Below, piece by piece: positions 27,719 to 35,768 of a stretch of DNA of 35,768 bases. Under the pieces are notes generated by a model that was not told the DNA's origin, ran no database searches, and saw only the letters and a program-made list of their open reading frames with translations. Origin of the DNA: Candidatus Spyradosoma merdigallinarum (GTDB taxonomy: Bacteria; Verrucomicrobiota; Verrucomicrobiia; Opitutales; UBA953); assembly GCA_018713755.1 (NCBI GenBank), contig DVOG01000016.1:1-35768 (forward strand), read 5' to 3'. The translations under genes and the position numbers were made by a program. The first letter of the stretch is position 1, and each line of letters opens with the position of its first letter.

Positions 27719-28608
27719 GACATGATTCCGCTGACGATGAAGCTTGCGGACAGCGACAGGCTGAACATCAGCTGAAGCTTCGCCGTGGCTTCATCCAAGT
27801 CGGCGATGGCGGCGGAACCGTCTTTGATGAAGCAGACGGCTTTGCGCGCATTTTTCAGCGCGGGGAAAAACGCCGCCCATGCGATCAGGTTCCACGCCGG
27901 CAGCATCCCGACGGCGACGCAGCCGCTGATCCAAAAAAACGGAAGGATGATTTCGGCGCAGTAGAGCGCGACGGACGCGCGCGCCCCGATGTTCATCGCG
28001 ACGGTGCGGATGCGCGCGCGCCGGTCGGTGCGCATGTCCCGCGTGTTGTTGCAGTGCAGAATGGCCACGGTGATCAGCCCCACCGGAACGGCCAGGCAAA
28101 GCACACTCCAGTCGAGCTGAAGCGTCGCCGCGTAGACCGTTCCCACGGTGGGAAGCAGCGCATAGGCCGTGAATATCACGAAGTCGCCGAAGGCGCGGTA
28201 TTTCAAAAACGGATACAAAACGGAACAGGCCAGGCCGCCGAGCCCGATACAGAGCAGCGGCGCGCCCGTGCGCAGCCACAATCCGACGCCGGCGACGATC
28301 GCCGCGGCCAAAAGCCCGACGGAGAGCCGCAAAATCTCTTTCGGCGCGAACATGCCGCTCGTCAGCGTGCGCGCGCCGTAAGTGTCGTTCGCGTCGACGC
28401 GGCGCCGATAGTCGAAATAATCGCTCCACGTGTTGCCGGCGGCATGAAACACGATGATGTTCAGCAGCGCCCAAATGCCGTTGAGCCAATTCGCGTCGTC
28501 GTGCCGAGCGAACAGATAGCCCAGCGTCGCGACGACGGGCATGGCGGACGCCGGGAACGACCACGGCCGCACGGCGATCAGCCATTCTTTCATCGTATGC
28601 TTTTTCAT
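27715..28608 (-). CDS. UbiA-family prenyltransferase (MenA-like)
   Basis: AVRPWSF, NTWSDYFDY, HCNNTRDMRTD Asp-rich motifs; multiple transmembrane segments. Confidence 0.88.
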   Translation of the reverse strand: MKKHTMKEWLIAVRPWSFPASAMPVVATLGYLFARHDDANWLNGIWALLNIIVFHAAGNTWSDYFDYRRRVDANDTYGARTLTSGMFAPKEILRLSVGLLAAAIVAGVGLWLRTGAPLLCIGLGGLACSVLYPFLKYRAFGDFVIFTAYALLPTVGTVYAATLQLDWSVLCLAVPVGLITVAILHCNNTRDMRTDRRARIRTVAMNIGARASVALYCAEIILPFFWISGCVAVGMLPAWNLIAWAAFFPALKNARKAVCFIKDGSAAIADLDEATAKLQLMFSLSLSASFIVSGIMS

Positions 28609-28775
28609 GGCGCCGATGTTAAGAAATTGCGGAGAGAATGGAAGCCGTTTTGAAAAAAAATCCGAAATCCGGCGTCCGCGCGGCAGAGCGCCGCGTTCCC
28701 GCGAAATCTTCCGCGGCGCGTTCCCGCGTTTTTCCCGTTGCGGAAACGCGCCGCTCCCGCAGAATATTTCGCGCC

Positions 28776-29438
28776 ATGACGAAGAAAGAACGCGCGCAGT
28801 TCATCGCGGAAACGCTGGACGAGCTTTATCCGAATCCGCCGATTCCGCTGCGGCACAAGGACGCCTTCACGCTGCTCGTCGCCGTCGTGCTGTCCGCGCA
28901 GTGCACGGACAAGCGCGTGAACGAGGTCACGCCGTCGCTGTTCGCGCTCGCGGACACGCCGGAGGCGATGGCGCGGCTGCGCCCCGAAGACGTCGAAAAA
29001 ATCATCCGCCCCTGCGGGCTTTCCCCGCGCAAATCCCGCGCGATCGTTTCGCTTTCGAAAGACATCGCGGAAAAGCACGGCGGGCGCGTTCCCGCGGATT
29101 TCGCCGCGCTGGAGGCGCTCGACGGCGTCGGGCACAAGACGGCGTCGGTCGTCATGTCGCAGGCGTTCGGCGTTCCCGCCTTTCCCGTGGACACGCACAT
29201 TCATCGGCTCGCGGCGCGCTGGAAACTTTCTTCGGGGAAAAGCGTCGAGCGCACGGAGCGGGACCTCAAGGCGCTTTTTCCGCGGGAGCGCTGGAACCGC
29301 CTGCACATCCAAATGATTCTCTACGGGCGGGAACACTGCACCGCGCGCGGCTGCGACGGACACGTCTGCGGCATCTGCCGCGCGCTCAACGGCGAAAAAA
29401 AGCCGCCGCGCGGCAAGGCGGGAGGCGGGAAAAAATGA
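28776..29438 (+). CDS. nth: Endonuclease III
   Basis: LLVAVVLSAQCTDKRVN, LDGVGHKTASVV (HhH), FPVDTHIHR, C-terminal Cys cluster. Confidence 0.95.
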   Translation: MTKKERAQFIAETLDELYPNPPIPLRHKDAFTLLVAVVLSAQCTDKRVNEVTPSLFALADTPEAMARLRPEDVEKIIRPCGLSPRKSRAIVSLSKDIAEKHGGRVPADFAALEALDGVGHKTASVVMSQAFGVPAFPVDTHIHRLAARWKLSSGKSVERTERDLKALFPRERWNRLHIQMILYGREHCTARGCDGHVCGICRALNGEKKPPRGKAGGGKK

Positions 29439-30268
29439 CGGAAATTTTCGTCGCGGCCGCGGCGGTCTTCCTCGCCGGCTTCATTTTCCTGACGCTGCGC
29501 GCGCGCCGGCGTCGGAAAAAATTCTTCGACGCGCCGTTCCCGCCGCAGTGGAGAAAACTTCTGCGCCGCAACGTTCCCGCCTACGAAAAGCTGCCCGCGG
29601 ACCTGCGCGAAAAATTTCACCGCCGCGTCAAAGAGTTTCTCGCCGAAAAAAATTTCGAGGCCTGCGGCGGGCTCGAAACCGTCTCCGACGCCCTCGCGCT
29701 GACCATCGCCGGAAACGCGTCGCTGCTCGTGATGAACCGCCCCGGCGAAGCCTGGCGCGCGCTGCACTCCGTGCTCGTCTACCCCGGCGCGTTCGGCGCG
29801 GAAAAAGACGACGCCGACGACGCGGGCGAGGCCGGCGGCGTCCCGATTCGGCGGGAACGCGGCGCGCGCGACGGCGAGTCCTGGACGCACGGCAGCGTCG
29901 TGTTCTCGCGGGAACGCATCGCGCGCGACATCGCGCTGCACGGGAACGGGCAAAACGTCGTGATTCACGAATTCGCGCATCAGCTCGATTCCGACGACGG
30001 AATCGCCGGCGGCCGCCCGCCGTTCGCCGATCCCGCCGACGCCAAGACGTGGGCGGAAGTTTCCGCGCGCGAGCTCGAACGCTTGCGCTCCGGCGACGCC
30101 GAGACCGTCATCGACGAATACGGCGCGGAAAATCCCGCGGAGTTTTTCGCGACCGCCGTCGAAGCCTTTTTCGAAATGCCCGCGGAAACGCGCCGCGCGC
30201 ATCCCGCGCTCTACGCGCTGCTCGCGCGCCTTTTCGCGGTCGATCCCGCGGAGCAGTTCCGCCGCTGA
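29435..30268 (+). CDS. Zinc-dependent peptidase, MtfA/M90 family
   Basis: N-terminal transmembrane helix, LVYP, GESW, NVVIHEFAHQLD (HEXXH), YGAENPAEFFATAVEAFFE. Confidence 0.9.
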   Translation: MTEIFVAAAAVFLAGFIFLTLRARRRRKKFFDAPFPPQWRKLLRRNVPAYEKLPADLREKFHRRVKEFLAEKNFEACGGLETVSDALALTIAGNASLLVMNRPGEAWRALHSVLVYPGAFGAEKDDADDAGEAGGVPIRRERGARDGESWTHGSVVFSRERIARDIALHGNGQNVVIHEFAHQLDSDDGIAGGRPPFADPADAKTWAEVSARELERLRSGDAETVIDEYGAENPAEFFATAVEAFFEMPAETRRAHPALYALLARLFAVDPAEQFRR

Positions 30269-30455
30269 GCGGCGTTCCCGCGCCGCGCGGGGAAGGCTGC
30301 GCCGCGGAGTCTCAAATAAAAGGCGAGGAAAAAGCGCTTGCGCGGGCGCTTTTTTTTTTGTCAGAATCGTTGTTCAAGAAATGAGACGCCGCTCCCGCGC
30401 CGTTCCGTTTCCGAAAAAAAAAACGAAAATACAATCACAACTGACAAAACGCATC

Positions 30456-31161
30456 ATGAAAAAATGCATCACGATTGCGGCGCTTCTCGCCGCGGGAACG
30501 GCGTTCGTCAACGCGGCGGATCTCACGTCGACGTTCGCGGGACAAACAAACGGACAGCATCGCGCTGAACGTCGCCGGCATTGACGGCGTCACGGGCACG
30601 GTCGCTCTCGGCGGGGACGCCTCCGCTTTCCAGACCTCCGGCGCGGCGGGCGGAGACAGCGCGTTCTTCTCCCCGGACATAAACGTCGGACAAAGCGCGG
30701 GGAACACGTGGACGGCGACGTTCACCTACGATTTCGGCGCCGAGTCGCTCACCGTCGATTCGATCGCGCTGGATCTCGGCATCTTCAATGCTTCCGGCGA
30801 TTGGCAGGGTGCGAACGTTGACCGCTATTTCGACTTTTCGGTGACGCTGAGCAACGGCACCGATTCCGTGGAATACTCGGCGGAGAATATCATGATTTCC
30901 GGCGTTGTCGACGGATACGGCAACGGTCTTAACACGCACTATTCGCTCGACCTCAGCGGCAGCGAGCTGGAGCTTTCCGGGGACAGCGTCACGCTGACGC
31001 TGACGGTTTCGCGGGGTGAATCGAACACGCTCGGCTGCTTCATCGGGCTGAACAGCGTCACGCTCAAGGACGCCGCCGCCGTTCCGGAGCCGTCGGCGTT
31101 CGGCCTGCTCGCGGGACTGGGCGCGCTGGCGCTCGTCGCTTCGCGCCGCCGCCGCAAATGA
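30456..31161 (+). pseudogene. PEP-CTERM sorting domain protein, frameshifted at a CAAA duplication (30543-30550)
   Basis: Signal peptide MKKCITIAALLAAGTAFVNA in one frame; mature domain and VPEPSAFGLLAGLGALALVASRRRRK in another; removing one CAAA joins them (..FAGQTDSIALNV..). Confidence 0.85.
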
Positions 31162-31213
31162 GGCGCGGGGAAAAGAAGCTTTTTCATATCCTTAGACAAG
31201 TCAGCAGAGACAG

Positions 31214-31255
31214 AGGCGTTCCCGTCGGGACTTTCCGCGGGAACGCCTTTTTTTT
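31214..31255 (+). terminator. Intrinsic terminator whose stem is an inverted motif pair
   Basis: AGGCGTTCCCG ... CGGGAACGCCT followed by a T run, downstream of the PEP-CTERM gene. Confidence 0.85.
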
Positions 31256-31314
31256 CGTTTCGCGCGGGAGCGCGGGCGTGTATTTTTCGGAAAAAATCAT
31301 TTTTCTTTTCGCTT

Positions 31315-32124
31315 ATGGAAATTCTGCTTTACGGATCGGCGGCGGTCGAAGCGTGCGCGAGGCTGCGGCCCGCGGCGCTGCGGGAAATTTACGTCGAGGA
31401 AGGGCGGGAACGCGCGTTCGGCGCGCTGCTCGACGCCGCGCCGCGGGAAGGCTGCGCGCGGAAGACCGTTTCCGCGGACGAGCTGGCGCGGCTCGCGGGA
31501 ACGCGCGCGCACGGCGGCGTCGCGGCGCGCACGGAACGGCCCGAGCCGGCGCAGGTGCGGCCCGCAATGCGCGACGCGTGGCACGCGGCGGGCGAGAAGG
31601 TTCTTTTCCTCGAAAACGTCGCGCAGCCGGAGCAGCTGGCGTCGATCGCGCGCACGGCGGCGATCTGCGGCTTTTCCCGCGTCGTCGCCGACGAGAAAAA
31701 AACCGTTCCCGCGCTGGCGAGTTCCCGTTTCTGGAGCCTGAGCGGCGGCGCGGCGGAGGCGCTGAAGCTTTACCGCACGGAGTCGCCGGCGGGCTTGCTG
31801 CGAATGCTGGGCGAGAAGTATTTCGTCGTCGGGTTCGCGCGCGAGGGCGGGCGGCGCATCGATTACGCGAAGCCGCCGACGTTCCCGGGAAAGACGACGG
31901 CGTTTTTGCTGAGCGGCGACGCGAACGGCGTTCCCGCGGAGCTGATTTCGCGTTGCGGGCATCTGCTGCACGTGCCGGAGCCGGCGGAGGGTTTCCTGCG
32001 TTACGCGCCGGCGGAGCTTGCCGCGCTCGCGCTGCCGTGGCTTTCTTCGCGGGCGAAGCGCGCGGGAGCGGGTTTCCTGCAGCGGAAAAAGGAGCGGGAA
32101 AAGCGCGCGGGCGGGAACGCGTGA
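31315..32124 (+). CDS. TrmH/SpoU-family RNA methyltransferase-like protein (degenerate motifs)
   Basis: YG..AVEA N-terminal domain, ELARLAGTRAHGGVAA, LFLENVAQPEQLASIARTAA, LSGGAAE, CGHLLHVP. Confidence 0.7.
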   Translation: MEILLYGSAAVEACARLRPAALREIYVEEGRERAFGALLDAAPREGCARKTVSADELARLAGTRAHGGVAARTERPEPAQVRPAMRDAWHAAGEKVLFLENVAQPEQLASIARTAAICGFSRVVADEKKTVPALASSRFWSLSGGAAEALKLYRTESPAGLLRMLGEKYFVVGFAREGGRRIDYAKPPTFPGKTTAFLLSGDANGVPAELISRCGHLLHVPEPAEGFLRYAPAELAALALPWLSSRAKRAGAGFLQRKKEREKRAGGNA

Positions 32125-32267
32125 ATTTTTCCCGGCGAATTTTTCGCTTTGCCTTCCGGAAGTTTTTCTCCGAAAATCGCTGTCCTGCATTCGTCATCGC
32201 ATCACGACTGACTCAACGCAACAAGAGACAACCCGAGAAACGAAACAACCCAAGCCACACAAAAAAA

Positions 32268-33368
32268 ATGAGAGCATCGCTTATCGCCAAACAGTTCGCC
32301 GTCGCCGGGCATTTGATTTCCGTCGAACCCTACGGCAGCGGGAACGTGAACGACACGTATCTCGCCATCTTCCGCACGACGTTTTCGGAAGAGCGCTTCA
32401 TCCTGCAGCGCGTGCGCCGCGCCGTGTTCCCGCGTCCGGAGAACATCATGCGCAACATGCGCATCGTGACGGACGTCTGCCACCGGAAGCTGGAGGAAGT
32501 CAACGAGCATTCCGACCGCATCTGGCAGCTCCCGAAAATCATCCAGACGCGCGACGGGCACGATTTCTACATCGACGGGGACGGCGATTTGTGGCGCGCG
32601 ATTTCGAACATCGCTTCGGCGGTTTCCTACGAAAAAGTCCAGTCTCCCGATCACGCCTACGAGGCGGGAACGGTGCTGGGGCACTTTCAGAAGCTCATCA
32701 GCGACATTCCCTGCGAAAGCCTTTCCTACGCGATCGAGGGCTTCCACATCACGCCGGGCTACCTCGCGCAGATGGACGAAACGCTGAAGACGCCGCTGGC
32801 GCAGGACTTGCTTTCGCATTCCCGCGAAGCGCGCACCTGCCTGAAATTCATCGAGGACCGGCGGGATTTCTGCTCGGTTTTCGAAAACGCGAAAAAAGAG
32901 GGCAGGCTGCACCTGCGTCCGACGCACGGCGACCCGAAGGTGGCGAACATTCTCATCGACGAAAAGACGGGGAAAGGCACCTGCATCGTGGACTTGGACA
33001 CGATTCAGCCGGGCCTCGTTCACGCGGACATCGGCGACGCAGTGCGCTCCTGCTGCAATCCCGCGGGAGAAGACGCGAGCGACCTGCATTCCGTCGTTTT
33101 CGACACGGAGCTTTTCTCGGCGATTTACCGCGGCTACATGTCCTACGCGAAAGACTTTTTCACGAACGAAGACCACGCCTACATGTTCGACGCGATCCGC
33201 ATCCTGCCGCTCGAGCTCGGCATCCGCTTCTTCGCGGACTACCTCGCGGGCGACGTGTATTTCAAGACGCGGCACAAGGAGCACAACCTGAAGCGCGCGC
33301 TCGTGCAGCTCAAGCTCGCCGAGAGCGTTGAGGCGCGGGAAGGGCGGATCCGGAAGGTGCTCGGCTGA
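32268..33368 (+). CDS. Aminoglycoside phosphotransferase-family kinase (N-acetylhexosamine kinase-like)
   Basis: GSGNVNDTY, ILQR, HGDPKVANIL, VDLDT, DIGD, ELGIRFFADYLAGDVYFK. Confidence 0.88.
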   Translation: MRASLIAKQFAVAGHLISVEPYGSGNVNDTYLAIFRTTFSEERFILQRVRRAVFPRPENIMRNMRIVTDVCHRKLEEVNEHSDRIWQLPKIIQTRDGHDFYIDGDGDLWRAISNIASAVSYEKVQSPDHAYEAGTVLGHFQKLISDIPCESLSYAIEGFHITPGYLAQMDETLKTPLAQDLLSHSREARTCLKFIEDRRDFCSVFENAKKEGRLHLRPTHGDPKVANILIDEKTGKGTCIVDLDTIQPGLVHADIGDAVRSCCNPAGEDASDLHSVVFDTELFSAIYRGYMSYAKDFFTNEDHAYMFDAIRILPLELGIRFFADYLAGDVYFKTRHKEHNLKRALVQLKLAESVEAREGRIRKVLG

Positions 33369-33405
33369 GCGTTCCCGCGGGGCGCGGCGGAATTTTCGGC
33401 GAGGC

Positions 33406-34305
33406 ATGCACTTCGGCGCGGTCATCACGGCGGGAACGGTTCTGTCGGGGGCGAGCGTTCCCGGGAGCCGCGCCGTCCAAATCTCGCTCACGCTCGCGTT
33501 TTTCGCGCTGATGTTCGCCGCGTCCTGGCGCGGCTACTGGCGCGGTCCCGTGCGGCAGGCGGCGCCGCTGTGCGCGTTCGCCGTTGCGTCCGCCGCCGCG
33601 TATTTTTTCGGCGCGGCGTTCGGGCACGCGTGGCTCGGAATCGTCGGCGTTCCGTGGATTTTGCGCGGTCCCGTGGGCGTCGTTCTGCTGTGCCTTTTCA
33701 TTTGGCTTCCCGTTTTCAGCGTCCTGTGGAGCCGCGGGCGCAAGCAGGTTTCGGAGAGAACGGGAGAGCCGGAGCATCCGGTGCTCGGCGCGGTCGTCGG
33801 GTGCTGGACGGGAATTTTCTGGGGCGGGCTGGCGGCGCTCTGCGTCGCGGCGGCGGGAACGGTCGGCGAAACGTATCTTGCCGTGCACGCGGGAACGGGC
33901 GCGAAATCCGCGGCGGATCGGGTCTCCTACGCCTTCGCGAAGGCGAAAAATTCGATCGCGCTGTATCCGGGGCTCTCTTTCCTGAAAACGTGGAGCCCGC
34001 TCCCGGACTCGGCGCTCCGCATCGCGGGAAAAACGCTGGACGTGCTGGGTTCCCGCGCGGCGCAGCAGCGGCTGCTGCGGATGCCGGAAATCCAGTCGCT
34101 GGTGACCGATCCCGCCGTTTATCCCGTGCTTTCCGATCCGGAAATCCGGCGCATGATCGAGCGGCGCGACGTCGACGCGCTGCTTTCCGATGCCCGCATT
34201 CGGCGAATGCTTTACGACGAGACGTTCCAGCGGCGGATTTCCGCGCTGGATTTGGAGCCGCTGCTGGACAGCGCTCTCGCGGGAACGCCTCCGCCGCTTC
34301 CGTGA
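33406..34305 (+). CDS. Membrane protein, CvpA-like
   Basis: WRGYWRG after a hydrophobic helix, several transmembrane segments, VLGAVVG, soluble C-terminal part; start uncertain. Confidence 0.55.
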   Translation: MHFGAVITAGTVLSGASVPGSRAVQISLTLAFFALMFAASWRGYWRGPVRQAAPLCAFAVASAAAYFFGAAFGHAWLGIVGVPWILRGPVGVVLLCLFIWLPVFSVLWSRGRKQVSERTGEPEHPVLGAVVGCWTGIFWGGLAALCVAAAGTVGETYLAVHAGTGAKSAADRVSYAFAKAKNSIALYPGLSFLKTWSPLPDSALRIAGKTLDVLGSRAAQQRLLRMPEIQSLVTDPAVYPVLSDPEIRRMIERRDVDALLSDARIRRMLYDETFQRRISALDLEPLLDSALAGTPPPLP

Positions 34306-34336
34306 ACGGGATTTTCGCGGGAACGGGATTTCCCGC

Positions 34337-34365
34337 TTGACTGCCCGCGCCTGAAAAAACAAAAT
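34337..34365 (+). promoter_or_regulatory. Putative promoter of rpmF-plsX
   Basis: TTGACT, 17 bp spacer, CAAAAT, about 40 nt upstream of rpmF. Confidence 0.5.
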
Positions 34366-34404
34366 CATCAGTTCATTTTAATTCCTTAACAGAAAGCTTC
34401 AGTC

Positions 34405-34581
34405 ATGGGACAACCGAAACGCAAGCAGTCCAAACGCCGCAGCGCCCTGCGCCGCGGAGCCAACCAGTTCAAAGCGCCTTTGCTCGCGAAGGACGCCGAC
34501 GGTTCCGCCATCCGTCCGCATCGCGTCAATCCCGCCACGGGAACGTATCGCGGCCGCAAGGTCGTCGAAGTCGACCTTTGA
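34405..34581 (+). CDS. rpmF: 50S ribosomal protein L32 (cysteine-free form)
   Basis: Not in the ORF track; hand translation MGQPKRKQSKRRSALRRGANQFKAPLLAKDADGSAIRPHRVNPATGTYRGRKVVEVDL*; directly upstream of plsX. Confidence 0.93.
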   Translation: MGQPKRKQSKRRSALRRGANQFKAPLLAKDADGSAIRPHRVNPATGTYRGRKVVEVDL

Positions 34582-34649
34582 TTTCTTTTTCCGCTTTGCG
34601 CGGAAAAAGTTTGTTTTCGGGAGCGCATTCGGCGTAATATTTCCGCATC

Positions 34650-35717
34650 ATGGAAACGGACGCGCAGACATACCGCATCGCGGTGGATTGCATGGGCGGC
34701 GACAAGGGGCCCGCGGAAGTCGTCCAGGCGGTCGCGCTCGCGCTGAAAAAAATCGGCGAAGGCGACCGGCTCATCCTCGTCGGGCAGGAAAAAGTCATCC
34801 GCGACGCGATGCGCGCCGCGGGACTGACGTCTCACCCCCGCGTTGAAATCCGGCACGCGCCCGACGTCATCGGCATGGACGACAAGCCGATGCAGGCGAT
34901 GAAGTCGAAGAAAAATTCGTCGATGATCGTCGCGTTGGAAATGCTGAAGGCGGGCGAAGTCGACGCTGTGGTCTCGACGGGCAACACGAAAGTGATGGTC
35001 GGGGCGGGAACGCTGAAGGTGCGTTTGCTCCCCGGCGTGCAGCGCCCGGCGCTTTCGGCGATTCTTCCGCGCAAGAAAGGCTATTCCGTCGTGGCGGACG
35101 TCGGCGCGAACCCGGAAACGACGCCGGAGCAGCTCGTGCACAACACGGTGCTGGGTTCGCTCTATTCCATCGCCGTGCTGGGCACGACGAAGCCGAAAGT
35201 CGGTCTGCTGACCGTCGGCACGGAGGAAGGCAAGGGCGGAGACCGCATCAACCGCGCTCACGCGTATCTCAAAGCGCTCAACGAGCGTTTCGACTGGTTC
35301 GAATACGTCGGTCCCGTGGAAGGCTTCGACGTTTTCCAGAGCGACGTCGACGTCATCGTGACGGACGGCTTCACCGGCAACATCCTGATCAAGACGATCG
35401 AAGGACTCGTCTACATGATCAAGGATCTCGTCGGCGAAAAAGTGAAGCGCAATCCTCTTTATCTCGGCGCGGGCCTCGTGCTGCTGCCGCTGCTGCGGAA
35501 TCTGAAGTCGCACCTGCGTCCGGAGCGTTTCGGCGGCGCGCCGCTGCTGGGGCTGAACGGCCTCGTGATGAAGGCGCACGGCTCGAGCAACCGCTACGGC
35601 ACCTGCGCCGCCATCGTGATGGCGCACAACGCCTGCTCGAAGGCGATGAACAAAAAGGCGTCGGAGCTGCTCGCCGTCGCGAACGAGGTCGTCGCCGAAG
35701 TGCAGCAGGGCGCCTGA
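34650..35717 (+). CDS. plsX: Phosphate acyltransferase
   Basis: IAVDCMGGDKGP, STGNT, RPAL, DVGAN, GTEEGKG, DVIVTDGFTGNI, GGAPLLGLNG, KAHGSS. Confidence 0.97.
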   Translation: METDAQTYRIAVDCMGGDKGPAEVVQAVALALKKIGEGDRLILVGQEKVIRDAMRAAGLTSHPRVEIRHAPDVIGMDDKPMQAMKSKKNSSMIVALEMLKAGEVDAVVSTGNTKVMVGAGTLKVRLLPGVQRPALSAILPRKKGYSVVADVGANPETTPEQLVHNTVLGSLYSIAVLGTTKPKVGLLTVGTEEGKGGDRINRAHAYLKALNERFDWFEYVGPVEGFDVFQSDVDVIVTDGFTGNILIKTIEGLVYMIKDLVGEKVKRNPLYLGAGLVLLPLLRNLKSHLRPERFGGAPLLGLNGLVMKAHGSSNRYGTCAAIVMAHNACSKAMNKKASELLAVANEVVAEVQQGA

Positions 35718-35768
35718 CTTTTCCCGCGTTCCCGGGAAAAGAAAAAGAGCGGCGGGATTTTCGTTCCC

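Larger units (their letters stand above)
34..35734. repeat. Dispersed over-represented motif (G)CGTTCCCG(C) / (G)CGGGAACG(C), DNA-uptake-sequence-like
   Basis: About 150 exact 8-mer copies by hand count (about 4 per kb), both strands, genic and intergenic; examples at 467, 681, 3121, 7216, 9241, 16830, 25321, 29851, 33369. Confidence 0.92.

Noticed and set aside
31158-33368. 736-aa ORF as a fusion protein; likewise the long 5' extensions at 6533, 19799 and 28541
   Set aside because: The extensions are out-of-frame read-through across upstream genes; real starts are at 32268, 7172, 20573 and 29435.
32268-33368. Aminoglycoside resistance gene
   Set aside because: Motifs (GNVNDTY, DLDT, DYLAGDVYFK) fit the N-acetylhexosamine-kinase-like branch; no mobile context.
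34-35734. CRISPR array (motif resembles the GTTCCCCGC...GCGGGGA stem of type I-E repeats)
   Set aside because: Copies are only 8-10 bp, irregularly spaced, in both orientations and inside intact housekeeping genes; no repeat-spacer period and no cas genes.

Overview
High-GC bacterial chromosome segment (roughly 65-70% GC by eye), densely packed with housekeeping genes: trpS, nagA, tRNA-Tyr, xseA, thiD, mnmA, acpS, pdxJ, queC, rplU-rpmA, nth, rpmF-plsX, a GldA/F/G-like ABC cluster, an MscS channel and a PEP-CTERM protein. The PEP-CTERM tail and gene set suggest Verrucomicrobiota/Opitutales (inference). The main signal is not a gene but a dispersed non-palindromic motif, core CGTTCCCG/CGGGAACG, often GCGTTCCCGC. 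I count about 150 copies by hand, against about 3 expected by chance. It occurs in both orientations and inside coding sequence (read as Ala-Gly-Thr, Val-Pro-Ala, Ala-Phe-Pro, Arg-Glu-Arg). It follows many stop codons directly, forms the stems of intrinsic terminators as inverted pairs, and is absent from a low-GC island (NUDIX, maa remnant, HAD) at about 11.6-13.27 kb. This is the distribution typical of a DNA uptake sequence (Neisseria DUS, Pasteurellaceae USS), but with a sequence I do not recognise. Other observations: a PEP-CTERM gene frameshifted at a CAAA duplication, an internally deleted maltose acetyltransferase remnant, a secreted coiled-coil protein with 67-aa repeats, and a degenerate SpoU-like protein.
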